Shown here in pieces: positions 45,847 through 55,445 of a DNA stretch of 64,000 bases. Source of the stretch: a virus. Taxonomy: Duplodnaviria > Heunggongvirae > Uroviricota > Caudoviricetes. Made by a program: the position numbers and the translations under genes. Location: the IMG/VR virus record IMGVR_UViG_2974578479_000001, positions 1-64,000 of that record; one strand, written 5' to 3'. The notes below the pieces were generated by a model, which saw only the letters and a list, made by a program, of their open reading frames with translations, was not told the DNA's origin and searched no databases. Position 1 is the first letter of the stretch. Every line of letters begins with the position of its first letter.

Positions 45847-47262
45847 ATGTCAGTACTTGATATTATTTTAAAAATTAAAAAAACAGCCAGTACTAATTCG
45901 AAGAAAGATATTCTTAAAGAAAATATTGATAATGAAGATTTAAAGCGTGTAATTAAACTCGCCCTTGAACCTTCTATTGTTAGTGGTATTAAGAAAATTC
46001 CAGAACCAATTAGTACTGACAAAAATCTTACTCTTTCTGAAGCTCTAACCTCATTAGATGCACTTTACACTCGTACTGTAACTGGTAATGCAGCCCGTCA
46101 ATTTCTTGGTGAACTATTAGGTTCAGTAAATGAATTTGATGCAGACATTATTCGCCGCGTAGTACTAAAGAATTTAGATTGTGGTATTCAAGAAAAAAAT
46201 GCTAATGATGTATTTGGTAAACAATTTATCAAAGATGAACCTTATATGAGGTGTTCATTAGTAGATGAAAAAACTGTTAAGAATATTACATCTTTCAAAA
46301 CTCATGGATATGCAGTTATTGAAACAAAAATGGATGGTCAATATCTTAACAGTACTATTGTAAATGATTCATTATTGTGTACCTCACGTAATGGTAAAAT
46401 TTATGATTTTCTTGGCATGAAAGATGAAGATATGATTCGTCTAGCAAAAAATGTTCAAGCATTGGATTCCCGATTCAGTTCTGGTGTAGTGTTTAATGGT
46501 GAATGTTTAATCATGGGTGATGATGGTAAAGTAGTTAACCGTGAAACTGGTAATGGTATTATTCAGAAAGCTGGTAAGGATACAATGTCCGATTCAGAAG
46601 CAATGCGTGTAGTATTTGTATTGTGGGATGTTATACCATATGATGCATTTTGTAATGGTATTTGGGAAGTTGAAAGACAAGAACGCCGTGAACTATTAGA
46701 GAAAGCGATTAGTACGTTGGAATCAGAATTTGTTCGTTTAGTACATTATCGTAAAGTAAAAGATATTGGAGAAGCTTTTGATTTTAATACTGAAATGATT
46801 GATGCTGGTGAAGAAGGTTCAGTACTAAAATGTGAAAGTGGAATCTGGAAATCTCACACCTCACCAAAACAATTGAAAATGAAATTGAAAATGCAATTTG
46901 ATTTACGTATTATTGGTTTCAATGAAGGTGAAGGTAAACGTAAAGGAATGCTTGGTGCAATTCTTTTAGAATCTGAAGATGGAGTTATCACCGTTGGATG
47001 TGGTACGGGAATCAAAGAAAAAGATAACGAGTGGACATTCCAAAGTATTTGGGATAAACGTGATGAGTTGATGGGAAAAATCGTAATGGTTGAAAGCACC
47101 TCATTAACAAAAGATAAGCGTACTGGTAAAATGAGTATCTTCCTACCTTCTTTCCAAGAATTCCGATTCGATAAAGATGTAGCTGATACATATGAACGTA
47201 TTCTTGAAATTCGTGAATCTGCTGTACATGTTCTTCGTGAAAAATTGGCAAGGTTAGAATGA
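45847..47262 (+). CDS. 30: ATP-dependent DNA ligase (T4 gp30-like)
   Basis: N-terminus and TGNAA, KMDG (adenylation Lys), DGE motifs align with T4 DNA ligase as recalled. Confidence 0.85.
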   Translation: MSVLDIILKIKKTASTNSKKDILKENIDNEDLKRVIKLALEPSIVSGIKKIPEPISTDKNLTLSEALTSLDALYTRTVTGNAARQFLGELLGSVNEFDADIIRRVVLKNLDCGIQEKNANDVFGKQFIKDEPYMRCSLVDEKTVKNITSFKTHGYAVIETKMDGQYLNSTIVNDSLLCTSRNGKIYDFLGMKDEDMIRLAKNVQALDSRFSSGVVFNGECLIMGDDGKVVNRETGNGIIQKAGKDTMSDSEAMRVVFVLWDVIPYDAFCNGIWEVERQERRELLEKAISTLESEFVRLVHYRKVKDIGEAFDFNTEMIDAGEEGSVLKCESGIWKSHTSPKQLKMKLKMQFDLRIIGFNEGEGKRKGMLGAILLESEDGVITVGCGTGIKEKDNEWTFQSIWDKRDELMGKIVMVESTSLTKDKRTGKMSIFLPSFQEFRFDKDVADTYERILEIRESAVHVLREKLARLE

Positions 47263-47636
47263 TAATTTACACTAAAAGTACTTATATGGAGCCTAGACAG
47301 GCTCTATATTTTGTTCCATATTTGGATAAACATAGTTCATTACATGGTATTATTGATACAAAATTAATTTTTCAAAGTGATTTTATATCAATCATAGATA
47401 TTGATAAAAACGCACACAAAGTAATGAAAAATAGGTACGAACCACTTGACAGCATGTGGAATTCTGGTACACTATTATCTCGAATCCGAGATGAAATTCA
47501 AATAGGTTCAGAGACTGAAGGGGCGGCATATTCTTATAGTCGTAAATTCAAGTACAGTAATAAATTTGATATTTCATTGTGCGAAAACTTTGAAGAATAT
47601 ATAAAGGCTCTCTATGAAATTCACAGAAATTTCTGA
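47259..47636 (+). CDS. hypothetical protein (125 aa)
   Basis: ATGA coupling. Confidence 0.45.
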   Translation: MIIYTKSTYMEPRQALYFVPYLDKHSSLHGIIDTKLIFQSDFISIIDIDKNAHKVMKNRYEPLDSMWNSGTLLSRIRDEIQIGSETEGAAYSYSRKFKYSNKFDISLCENFEEYIKALYEIHRNF

Positions 47637-48417
47637 TATTCACGGCGAAATTGATTTTATTAAAGAATTACCAGATCAAAAAGATACTATTCTTTTGATT
47701 CCTGGTGATATTCATGAAGTAAAAACATACTCTGCGTATCGTTCTATTGTAGAAGTACTTGTTAATAAGTACAAAGATGTTGTTATGGTTCCAGGAAACC
47801 ACGAATATTACCGTAGTAACATAACTAAAGTACATCGTAAATTAAAAGAACTTGATGATGAGTTTAGTAATTTTCATTTCCTACAAGATGACTTTCGGGT
47901 ATTCGAAGATGGAACTGATAAAGTACTTGTTCTTGGTGGTACATTGTGGACTGATTTTGATGGTGGGAATCCGTTAAGTAAGATTATGGCAAAATCGATG
48001 ATGAATGATTATCGCTATATTCGTCATGGGACTCCTGAATATTATTGGGGTCGTAAATTGATTCCTGATGACGTTGAATTTTTCCATTTCAAAACCAAAC
48101 AATTTATCAAAAATTGTGTTGACAAACACCGTGGAATGTGCGATAATCTAAAAATAGTGGTGATGACCCACCATGCACCAAGTTTTCAAAGTGTTGATTC
48201 ACGATATGCGAATGACAGTTCGAACGGGTTTTATTGTTCTAACATGGATTACTATGTTGGTGATATTAATGCCAACGTTTGGGTACATGGTCATGTACAT
48301 TCATCTCATGATTATATGATTGGTGATACCCGTATTATTTGTAATCCACGTGGTTATGGAAATGTTCACACAAATGAAAATAAAAAATTTGACAGTACTC
48401 TAACATTTGAGGTATAA
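47614..48417 (+). CDS. calcineurin-like metallophosphoesterase
   Basis: ISDIHGE, GDIHE, GNHEYY motifs. Confidence 0.7.
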   Translation: MKFTEISDIHGEIDFIKELPDQKDTILLIPGDIHEVKTYSAYRSIVEVLVNKYKDVVMVPGNHEYYRSNITKVHRKLKELDDEFSNFHFLQDDFRVFEDGTDKVLVLGGTLWTDFDGGNPLSKIMAKSMMNDYRYIRHGTPEYYWGRKLIPDDVEFFHFKTKQFIKNCVDKHRGMCDNLKIVVMTHHAPSFQSVDSRYANDSSNGFYCSNMDYYVGDINANVWVHGHVHSSHDYMIGDTRIICNPRGYGNVHTNENKKFDSTLTFEV

Positions 48418-48419
48418 TC

Positions 48420-48845
48420 ATGGGTAGTTCAGATTCGTTAATCAAACTAATGTCAATGGTTGCTAATAAAACACAAGTAACTATTAACGATCAAGCCATG
48501 TCATTTAGTGAAATGACCATCAAGAGAACATCTGATGGTGGAACTGTTGTTATGATTGATGGTGTTCCGGCTATCGGTGATGATGTAGTCATTAACATTG
48601 AAGTAAATGGTGATGTTGAATCTATTATGTTAGGTTCAGGTACAATTACTTGTGCCAATGTTACCAATGGTATTAAAACAGTTTCAGGGGATGTATTCTG
48701 TGAGAATGTTCATGGGAATATTACCAGTACATCAGGGGATGTACAATGTGATGATGTAGCTGGGAACGTAAGTACTGTTTCTGGTGATGTAGATTGTGAC
48801 GATATTGGCGGGAACGCAAGTACAATATCTGGCGACATTAACTAA
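48420..48845 (+). CDS. repeat protein with tandem SGDVxC(D/E)(D/N)VxGNxST units (DUF2807/GIN-like beta-helix?)
   Basis: four or more ~13-aa repeats read in the C-terminal half. Confidence 0.5.
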   Translation: MGSSDSLIKLMSMVANKTQVTINDQAMSFSEMTIKRTSDGGTVVMIDGVPAIGDDVVINIEVNGDVESIMLGSGTITCANVTNGIKTVSGDVFCENVHGNITSTSGDVQCDDVAGNVSTVSGDVDCDDIGGNASTISGDIN

Positions 48846-48857
48846 TAAGGATAAATT

Positions 48858-49517
48858 ATGACTACTAATACTATTTCTATTCCATACGTACTAGAGCGTT
48901 CTAGTGAAGGTGAACGTTCTTATGATCTAGCATCTCGTATGATGCAAGATCGCATCATCATGATTGACCATCAATTTGATGAAGCAATGGCACACGTTGT
49001 TAAAATGCAGTTAATGTATCTTGATGCACGTAGTAGTCAACCAATTTCTATCTACATTTCAAGTCCTGGTGGTTCAGTACATGACGGTCTTGGTATTCGT
49101 GATGTAATTGGTAACTGTCGTTCACCTATCAAAACTATTGTTATGGGATATGCTGCAAGTATGGGATGCTATCTACAATCAGTTTGTGGTACTAAAGGCC
49201 AACGTCTTGCTGGACAAAACGCTTTTATCATGGCACACCAAGTATCCAGTGGTACTAAAGGTCTAGTAACTGATCAAGAAATTGCATTGAATCATACTAA
49301 ATCTTTGAACAAACTACTAACTTCACAAATTGCTGAAGCATGTGGTGTCTCTCATGAACAATTCCTAAAAGATTGTGATCGTGATTTGTGGCTAAATGCA
49401 GAAGAAGCTCTTAACTATGGTGAGTTCGGATTCATCGATGGTATTTTGGTTGGTGAACGTAATGAAAAAGGTCAATACAAAGTTAAACGCCGTAATGACG
49501 TGATTGATTGGGTATAA
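48858..49517 (+). CDS. clpP: ClpP-like serine protease
   Basis: ERSYDLASRMMQDRII, ISSPGGSV, GYAASMG (catalytic Ser), IMAHQVSSG (His) are ClpP signatures. Confidence 0.75.
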   Translation: MTTNTISIPYVLERSSEGERSYDLASRMMQDRIIMIDHQFDEAMAHVVKMQLMYLDARSSQPISIYISSPGGSVHDGLGIRDVIGNCRSPIKTIVMGYAASMGCYLQSVCGTKGQRLAGQNAFIMAHQVSSGTKGLVTDQEIALNHTKSLNKLLTSQIAEACGVSHEQFLKDCDRDLWLNAEEALNYGEFGFIDGILVGERNEKGQYKVKRRNDVIDWV

Positions 49518-49520
49518 CGA

Positions 49521-49808
49521 ATGTCTAAAAAACTAATTCGTGGGGGAGAAGTCCCCCAATCTGCTGAAGTATTAAGTACTTCAGAATTTATGGATGTTGC
49601 ACTGGAACAAATTTCCAGTACTGCATTATCAGTAAAGGGTTCCAACGAAGCTGAACCAGTTCTAACAGCTATGTCAGATATTTTGGATTTAATGTGTTCG
49701 TTCTTAAAAGCAAAGAATATTGAACCAAACGCATTATTTGAACATGCAGAAGTACTAAGGGAAACAGAAGGAACTTTCGAAAAGAAAGTAGCAGTAACTA
49801 AGGAGTAA
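49521..49808 (+). CDS. hypothetical protein (95 aa)
   Basis: coupled to clpP. Confidence 0.45.
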   Translation: MSKKLIRGGEVPQSAEVLSTSEFMDVALEQISSTALSVKGSNEAEPVLTAMSDILDLMCSFLKAKNIEPNALFEHAEVLRETEGTFEKKVAVTKE

Positions 49809-49812
49809 TACA

Positions 49813-50259
49813 ATGGCTAATAACGATCAATACAAAACAGGGTATGATTTCTTTCAGAAAAGTACTGAACTTCTATCCCCTGAACAGTTGAAACAAATGC
49901 ACCCTCTATTTCGTCGTGGGTATCGTACTGCACAAGAAGATTTGATGAAGAAATCAAATAAAACATTCCCAACAGTACTTAGTGATATTCCACGTAGACC
50001 TGTAACATTTGTTCCTGACGTGAAAGATATTCTCGCGGCTACTCGTCGCCCTCGTATGAATAAACTACATCTTCCACAAATGGAACCAATTTTGAATCTA
50101 TTAGTATCATCTGTAGAACGTGAAAAAGATAAAATTACACGTTATGCTGATGTTGTTCGTCTAGTTGATGAGAAATTTAATATTATTTTACAGTACGGTT
50201 ATGATAGTGGTGTTCTAAATGAGCATGATTTAAAGCAGTATAACTACGACCCAAAGTAA
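49813..50259 (+). CDS. hypothetical protein (148 aa)
   Basis: SD aaggagtaataca. Confidence 0.5.
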   Translation: MANNDQYKTGYDFFQKSTELLSPEQLKQMHPLFRRGYRTAQEDLMKKSNKTFPTVLSDIPRRPVTFVPDVKDILAATRRPRMNKLHLPQMEPILNLLVSSVEREKDKITRYADVVRLVDEKFNIILQYGYDSGVLNEHDLKQYNYDPK

Positions 50260-50265
50260 TTAAAA

Positions 50266-50295
50266 AGGCCACTTAACTGTGGCCTTAAATATTTT
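50266..50295 (+). terminator. terminator-like hairpin aggccacttaactgtggcct
   Basis: perfect 7-bp stem; weak T-tract. Confidence 0.45.
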
Positions 50296-50306
50296 AAGGA
50301 TTATTT

Positions 50307-50858
50307 GTGAGATTACAACCTTATACACCAGAACAAACAGATCAACTACTAGCAGATATTAAATTTATTGCAACACATGCAGTAATTGTAAATGTTGAAG
50401 CAGTGGAAATTCTAGAAAAGAAATATGCAGAGTACTTAGAGCATTTTCGATGGACACTTTTTAAGTGGAAACCATTAGATAAAAAAGGATTTGTAGAATC
50501 ATTGTATATCTATAAATCTTATATTATTGAAAACAAACCATCTGATGGATATTCACGAAGTACTTTTCAAGAACACTTTTTGAATGAACCAAGTAAATTT
50601 TATCGTGGTGAAACATTTCATTTTCGTTTATATCAACACCAATTAGAAAAATATGGTGTACCATTAATTACAGATGATGAAAATAAAATAATTAAGATTG
50701 CATCAGAATTAACTGATTTCATGTTCGATTATGACTTTCATAAAAAATACTCAGTACTTGTAAATTATGCACATCGTCCGTTTGAATTTGATGAAGTAGA
50801 TATTGGTTGGATTGAAAGAGTAAAGCGTTATAAGAAATTAGTGGAGTATAATCTATGA
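50307..50858 (+). CDS. hypothetical protein (183 aa)
   Basis: SD ttaaggattatttg. Confidence 0.5.
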   Translation: MRLQPYTPEQTDQLLADIKFIATHAVIVNVEAVEILEKKYAEYLEHFRWTLFKWKPLDKKGFVESLYIYKSYIIENKPSDGYSRSTFQEHFLNEPSKFYRGETFHFRLYQHQLEKYGVPLITDDENKIIKIASELTDFMFDYDFHKKYSVLVNYAHRPFEFDEVDIGWIERVKRYKKLVEYNL

Positions 50859-51382
50859 ATTACCAATTATCAGAAGAACAAAGTCGTGATGTTATATTGC
50901 AGTTAGAAAATTATATTCCCATAATTAATAAACTAAATGAAGTTGCATATAATTTCATGATGAATTATTATAAAACCTATGTTACTAATGGTCAATATTT
51001 TTTTGGATATATGTCGGAAGATAAGTTTTTCAAAAAGTTAGGTTCAAGAAGTGAATTTTTTGCTGTATATATTGAAGATGAAAATATTCATAGAGTGAGA
51101 GCAAGTACTCTTTTTATGGGATTTAATAATAAATTTTTGCGTAAACATGGAATTATTATTGAACCAGTTGATGCAGAAGTTATTTTTGAATCAGTTGCCT
51201 GTCCACGTCAAGATGCTTCTATTATTAATAAAGTACGAACTTTACAACATTTCCTTTCTGAATATGCAAATGTTCCGTTCAAGTTAGGTACAGAAGAATT
51301 AGAATTATATGAAAGAATTAAAACTGTAAATGCGAAACGTATAAAAGTACTTTCAGATGTTGGAGTAGAATATGATTTATAA
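50855..51382 (+). CDS. hypothetical protein (175 aa)
   Basis: ATGA coupling. Confidence 0.5.
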   Translation: MNYQLSEEQSRDVILQLENYIPIINKLNEVAYNFMMNYYKTYVTNGQYFFGYMSEDKFFKKLGSRSEFFAVYIEDENIHRVRASTLFMGFNNKFLRKHGIIIEPVDAEVIFESVACPRQDASIINKVRTLQHFLSEYANVPFKLGTEELELYERIKTVNAKRIKVLSDVGVEYDL

Positions 51383-51866
51383 AAAATTATCACCAAGAGA
51401 AACATCTATTTGGATTAAAAACATTAATAAAGTTATAGACTTAAATGAACAGCTAATGATAATGGTTCGTGCTCGTTATAATTTTATGGATGCTGAATAT
51501 CAAGAAAAGTACTATTCAGGTTGGAAACGATTCTTTTATGAAAGTCGTTGTCATATTGTTTTTGGTAATATATACCAACATGGATCTTGGTTCTTTAAAC
51601 TAAACAAGATGACTCCTTGGACTCGTGCTGAATTGAATATGGATTATCATACTGATAACTATTATGAAAATTGGAAGCGTAAGCTAAAAATGACAAAAGA
51701 ACGTTGGACTAAATATGCAGAACAACCATTCCAAGTTGAAGAAAAGGATGTAATCTTTTATCAGGAAATGGTGGAATTTCACCAAAAAACAATTAAAATT
51801 GCCGAAAAGCTAGGGATAGAATATGAAACATACAACTTGGATGAAGATCGCAAAGATAGTTGCTGA
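51372..51866 (+). CDS. hypothetical protein (164 aa)
   Basis: overlap start. Confidence 0.5.
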   Translation: MIYKKLSPRETSIWIKNINKVIDLNEQLMIMVRARYNFMDAEYQEKYYSGWKRFFYESRCHIVFGNIYQHGSWFFKLNKMTPWTRAELNMDYHTDNYYENWKRKLKMTKERWTKYAEQPFQVEEKDVIFYQEMVEFHQKTIKIAEKLGIEYETYNLDEDRKDSC

Positions 51867-52293
51867 TGAAAGTAAATGTATTTCTCAACATGTTGGTGCG
51901 GTTATTGTAAAAAATGACCGTATTGTAAGTACTGGATATAATGGAACACCATCTAAGCAACAAAACTGTTGTGATGCAAATTCTCATTTAGTCAATGACG
52001 GGTTTCAAGATTGGGTATCCGATGATGCCCGACATGAGCACCACTCATGGAGCCAGCTTCACGAGCTACATGCAGAGCACAATGCTCTTTTGTATGCAAA
52101 TCCACTTGACAGAGATGGAGCAACGTTGTATTGTACTCTACAGCCTTGCTTTGTGTGTTCATTGCTCATTGCGGGATCGGGAATTAAACATGTGATTTAT
52201 GAGACTGAATATCATCGTACACCAGTAGAAGCACTTGACGTTTTGAAAAATGCTGGTATAATTGTTGAAAGACTTTCGGACATTGAGGAATAA
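51823..52293 (+). CDS. cd: dCMP deaminase (T4 Cd-like)
   Basis: ESKC..VGAVI.KN.RI.STGYNG, HAE.NA, PC..C zinc motifs; N-terminus aligns with T4 cd. Confidence 0.85.
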   Translation: MKHTTWMKIAKIVADESKCISQHVGAVIVKNDRIVSTGYNGTPSKQQNCCDANSHLVNDGFQDWVSDDARHEHHSWSQLHELHAEHNALLYANPLDRDGATLYCTLQPCFVCSLLIAGSGIKHVIYETEYHRTPVEALDVLKNAGIIVERLSDIEE

Positions 52294-52296
52294 AAA

Positions 52297-52569
52297 ATGA
52301 AATTGATTATCTTTTTTGCTATTGCCCTTATCGTATTTGCTATTTTAGCAATGATCATAAAGTCCACATTAGATAGCAAAGATGTGTCTTATGGTAAAAA
52401 GAAAAACACTCGTAACTTTAAGGTTCGCTTTGATGCGGCGGCGGAAAAGTACTATATTGTGAACGAGCTTCAAACTCATGACGAACCAGTTGTTAATTGG
52501 TTAGGTAAACGTGTAATGTACAAAGAAAAGCCAAAAGCAGAATTTGTAACTGAAAAATTGAATGCATAA
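52297..52569 (+). CDS. small membrane-anchored protein (90 aa)
   Basis: N-terminal TM. Confidence 0.45.
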   Translation: MKLIIFFAIALIVFAILAMIIKSTLDSKDVSYGKKKNTRNFKVRFDAAAEKYYIVNELQTHDEPVVNWLGKRVMYKEKPKAEFVTEKLNA

Positions 52570-52571
52570 AA

Positions 52572-52600
52572 AAAGGAGCCTATGGCTCCTTTTTTGTTTT
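52572..52600. terminator. bidirectional terminator (ggagcctatggctcc flanked by A- and T-tracts)
   Basis: sits between convergent genes. Confidence 0.75.
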
Positions 52601-52615
52601 TAAGTAATCGTAAAA

Positions 52616-53521
52616 TTAAGCAGTTACTGTTACGACACACGTATCGGTTTTAGAACCGTCAGTTGTTGTCACAGTAATAGTACTTGTACCAACTGCTACA
52701 GCAGTAATTAAACCACTTGAGCTAACAGTTGCTGTTGCTGGAGTACCAGAAACATAAGTTACTGCCTTATTACTTGCAGTAGATGGGGCAATAGTTGCAG
52801 TTAGTTGTTGGGTTGTAGTTCCAGCTAGGCTTAGAGATACAGTTTTTGGTGCTAGGGTAACTCCGGTTACAGCAGTTGTCACAGTTACTACACAAGTATC
52901 GGTTTTAGAACCGTCAGATGTTGTAGCAGTGATTGTTGCAGAACCGTTAGCTACAGCAGTAACCAAGCCAGTACTTGAAACCGTAGCCTTTGTTGCATCA
53001 TCAGAAGACCATGCAATAGATTTATCGGTTGCATCAGATGGTGCTACCGAAGCATCTAGTTGAGAAGTAGCCCCAACTTTTAGTGCAAGTGTATCAGGAG
53101 TTACAGTTACTCCAGTTACAGCCACAGGGTCTTGACCCTGACCTTGATAGTTAGTTAAGAATACTGCACTACCATCTTGTAGAACAACTTTGTTTAGAAG
53201 TAAGCGAACTGCGAAACCTACAACATCACCAGCAGCATCTTTAATGCTAATGCAGAAAGTACCATTAGCTAAGTTGTCAGCTATATCAGAATTAGAATCC
53301 GCTGGATCTAAATCTACACCGGTTTTATCTACACCAGTAATTTTTACGAAAGGATAAACGGTTGCACCGTCAGCAGAAAGCAAATCAAACATATTGATTG
53401 AACGTTGCTTACTGATGCGTACATTTGTTAATTTAGTACCATCGGCTAGAACAGCAGCATCAACGTTGATGCCATCTACACCGAATGGTGACTTATTACG
53501 ACCAGCAATTGGTTTTCCCAT
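52616..53521 (-). CDS. Ig-like (BIG2) domain protein, candidate virion decoration/adhesion protein
   Basis: two C-terminal BIG2-like repeats (VTGVT..P.T..L..G.T.QL.A...P..A....V.Y.S......ATV...G..TAV..G..TIT); SD aggaga; T4-late-like TATAAATG ~30 nt upstream on the minus strand. Confidence 0.7.
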   Translation of the reverse strand: MGKPIAGRNKSPFGVDGINVDAAVLADGTKLTNVRISKQRSINMFDLLSADGATVYPFVKITGVDKTGVDLDPADSNSDIADNLANGTFCISIKDAAGDVVGFAVRLLLNKVVLQDGSAVFLTNYQGQGQDPVAVTGVTVTPDTLALKVGATSQLDASVAPSDATDKSIAWSSDDATKATVSSTGLVTAVANGSATITATTSDGSKTDTCVVTVTTAVTGVTLAPKTVSLSLAGTTTQQLTATIAPSTASNKAVTYVSGTPATATVSSSGLITAVAVGTSTITVTTTDGSKTDTCVVTVTA

Positions 53522-53597
53522 AATTAATCTCCTAGAGAATCATTTATATAATAATATTTATCCAGCCAAGGACTAATATATATTTATTAGGATTTCC

Positions 53598-53626
53598 TTG
53601 ACATAAATGTGAAGATTTGATATACT
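53598..53626 (+). promoter_or_regulatory. sigma70-like promoter TTGACA-17-TATACT for natV
   Basis: read directly. Confidence 0.55.
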
Positions 53627-53712
53627 CTTTTGGTCTTAGAGACAATTAAATCTGAAGTATTTACTGAAAAAAAGTTGAAACATCAGAAAAAAATCTGTTA
53701 TAATATAAACAT

Positions 53713-53756
53713 CAAAGCGATGTAGCTTTGGCAACAATGACTAAGGGAGTCTTAGA
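53713..53756 (+). promoter_or_regulatory. conserved leader: hairpin caaagc-gatgta-gctttg plus ACTAAGGGAGTCTTAGA SD box (shared with nadV)
   Basis: a second copy at 55402-55444 has compensatory stem changes. Confidence 0.55.
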
Positions 53757-53757
53757 A

Positions 53758-54825
53758 ATGAAAAATGAAAAAGTATATGTATATATTGGTCGCTTCCAAA
53801 TGGCACATAAAGGCCATGAGGAAACAATTAAACATGCACTAGAAAATGCAGACCGTTTGGTAATTCTTGTTGGTTCGTCTGACCTTGCACGTGATCCTAA
53901 AAATCCGTTCAGTTTCACAGAACGTCAACAGGTACTGGATGCTATGAGTACTCGTTTAGCACAAGAAGAATGGGCTAAAGGGCGTTCGGTTAAGATTAAC
54001 ATCTTACCAATCCACGATTACGTTTATAACAACAGCAAATGGTTAAAAGAAGTACATGAACAGGTTAAATCTGTAACTGTCAGTTCTGATATTACTATTA
54101 CTGGTTGTCAGAAAGAAGCTGACGAAAGTACTTTCTATTTGAACTTCTTTCCACAATGGAAACAGGATTTCATTGAAGAACTTAAAGTTGATGAAGCAAC
54201 TATCAACAGTACTGAGATTCGTAATCAATTCTTCAGTACTAAACAAGTTCCAACGATTCTTCCAGAAGAAACTCAAGAGTTCCTAGAGAAGTTCATGCAC
54301 ACTAAACCAATGGTGTTTGATAATTTGATTGGTGAATTTAACTTCATTAATCGTTATCGTTCTGAAATGATCGAAAAGTTACCATTTAAAACTATCCCAT
54401 TTATTACTGGTGATGCTTTGGTAATTTGTGCTGGTCATGTTCTATTGGTTAAACGCCGCACATTCCCAGGAAAAGGTCTATATGCACTTCCTGGTGGATT
54501 CTTCGATTCTGAACAAGATGGTGATCAAGTAGATGCCGCGATTCGTGAATTAAAAGAAGAAACCAAAATTGATGTTCCAGTAAAAGTACTTTATGGTTCT
54601 ATCCGTGAAAGTATGGAATTTGGTGATAAAAACCGTTCTCTACGCTGGCGTATCATTACTAAGTGTGCGTACATCCAACTTCAGGACAATACTTTACCAA
54701 AAGTAAAAGGTGCTGATGATGCTGAAAAAGCATTCTGGATGCCACTTGGTGATTTGGTTAACAACCGTGATAAATTCTTTGAAGACCATTTGAGTATCAT
54801 TGATACTTTCTTAGGTATTCTGTAA
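53758..54825 (+). CDS. natV: bifunctional NMN adenylyltransferase / Nudix hydrolase (NatV-like)
   Basis: IGRFQMAHKGH (HxGH NMNAT) at the N-terminus; Nudix box GGFFDSEQDGDQVDAAIRELKEETKI at the C-terminus. Confidence 0.8.
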   Translation: MKNEKVYVYIGRFQMAHKGHEETIKHALENADRLVILVGSSDLARDPKNPFSFTERQQVLDAMSTRLAQEEWAKGRSVKINILPIHDYVYNNSKWLKEVHEQVKSVTVSSDITITGCQKEADESTFYLNFFPQWKQDFIEELKVDEATINSTEIRNQFFSTKQVPTILPEETQEFLEKFMHTKPMVFDNLIGEFNFINRYRSEMIEKLPFKTIPFITGDALVICAGHVLLVKRRTFPGKGLYALPGGFFDSEQDGDQVDAAIRELKEETKIDVPVKVLYGSIRESMEFGDKNRSLRWRIITKCAYIQLQDNTLPKVKGADDAEKAFWMPLGDLVNNRDKFFEDHLSIIDTFLGIL

Positions 54826-54833
54826 GAAATATT

Positions 54834-54856
54834 GGAGTACTTCGGTACTCCATTTT
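54834..54856 (+). terminator. terminator (ggagtacttcggtactcc plus atttt)
   Basis: hairpin plus T-tract. Confidence 0.6.
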
Positions 54857-54868
54857 AAGTGAGGTCTA

Positions 54869-55390
54869 ATGCTTTACTGTCAACCGAATAGTTTTTATGA
54901 TGAAATGATGTATGTATCAGAAAATAATGAGAGATTTTTAAAGAAACTCGCATTGACAGAATACAAAATACCTGATACAGTACTAAATCTTGAACCTATT
55001 GGATACCTAATAAAAATAGTTCTTACTGAACCAGATTTTTATGGCAATGATAAAATTATTGCATTACGAACTTTTGGTGTTAATGATTCATTAACAATGA
55101 CACCAAATTGTACTTATATGAGTGTTTATTATGCAATGATTGCAGAAGGTTCATTACTTATATCTAAACCAACCACTTCATATGTTTATATGAATGATGA
55201 AGGTGAAACGATATATAAGACTTCTGATGAGTATGGTGATGAATATCATTATCGAATAGAAGATATTGCAAAAAGTAAAAGTAATGATATATATGCATTA
55301 GATGCTTATGTATATTATAGCTCTAGATTATTTCGTCCAGATAATATCATGGCGAAAATACCAACATTTTTATTAAAAAACATGGCATAA
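54869..55390 (+). CDS. hypothetical protein (173 aa)
   Basis: SD taagtgaggtctaatg. Confidence 0.5.
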   Translation: MLYCQPNSFYDEMMYVSENNERFLKKLALTEYKIPDTVLNLEPIGYLIKIVLTEPDFYGNDKIIALRTFGVNDSLTMTPNCTYMSVYYAMIAEGSLLISKPTTSYVYMNDEGETIYKTSDEYGDEYHYRIEDIAKSKSNDIYALDAYVYYSSRLFRPDNIMAKIPTFLLKNMA

Positions 55391-55401
55391 GCCATCAACC
55401 T

Positions 55402-55444
55402 GAAAGCGTTGTAGCTTTCACACCTATACTAAGGGAGTCTTAGA
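55402..55444 (+). promoter_or_regulatory. conserved leader, second copy: hairpin gaaagc-gttgta-gctttc plus ACTAAGGGAGTCTTAGA
   Basis: matches the natV leader. Confidence 0.55.
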
Positions 55445-55445
55445 T

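Noticed and set aside
53522-53700. A + strand gene in the natV upstream region (track ORF 53394-53576)
   Set aside because: It overlaps the end of the minus-strand Big gene and the promoter region, and has no SD.
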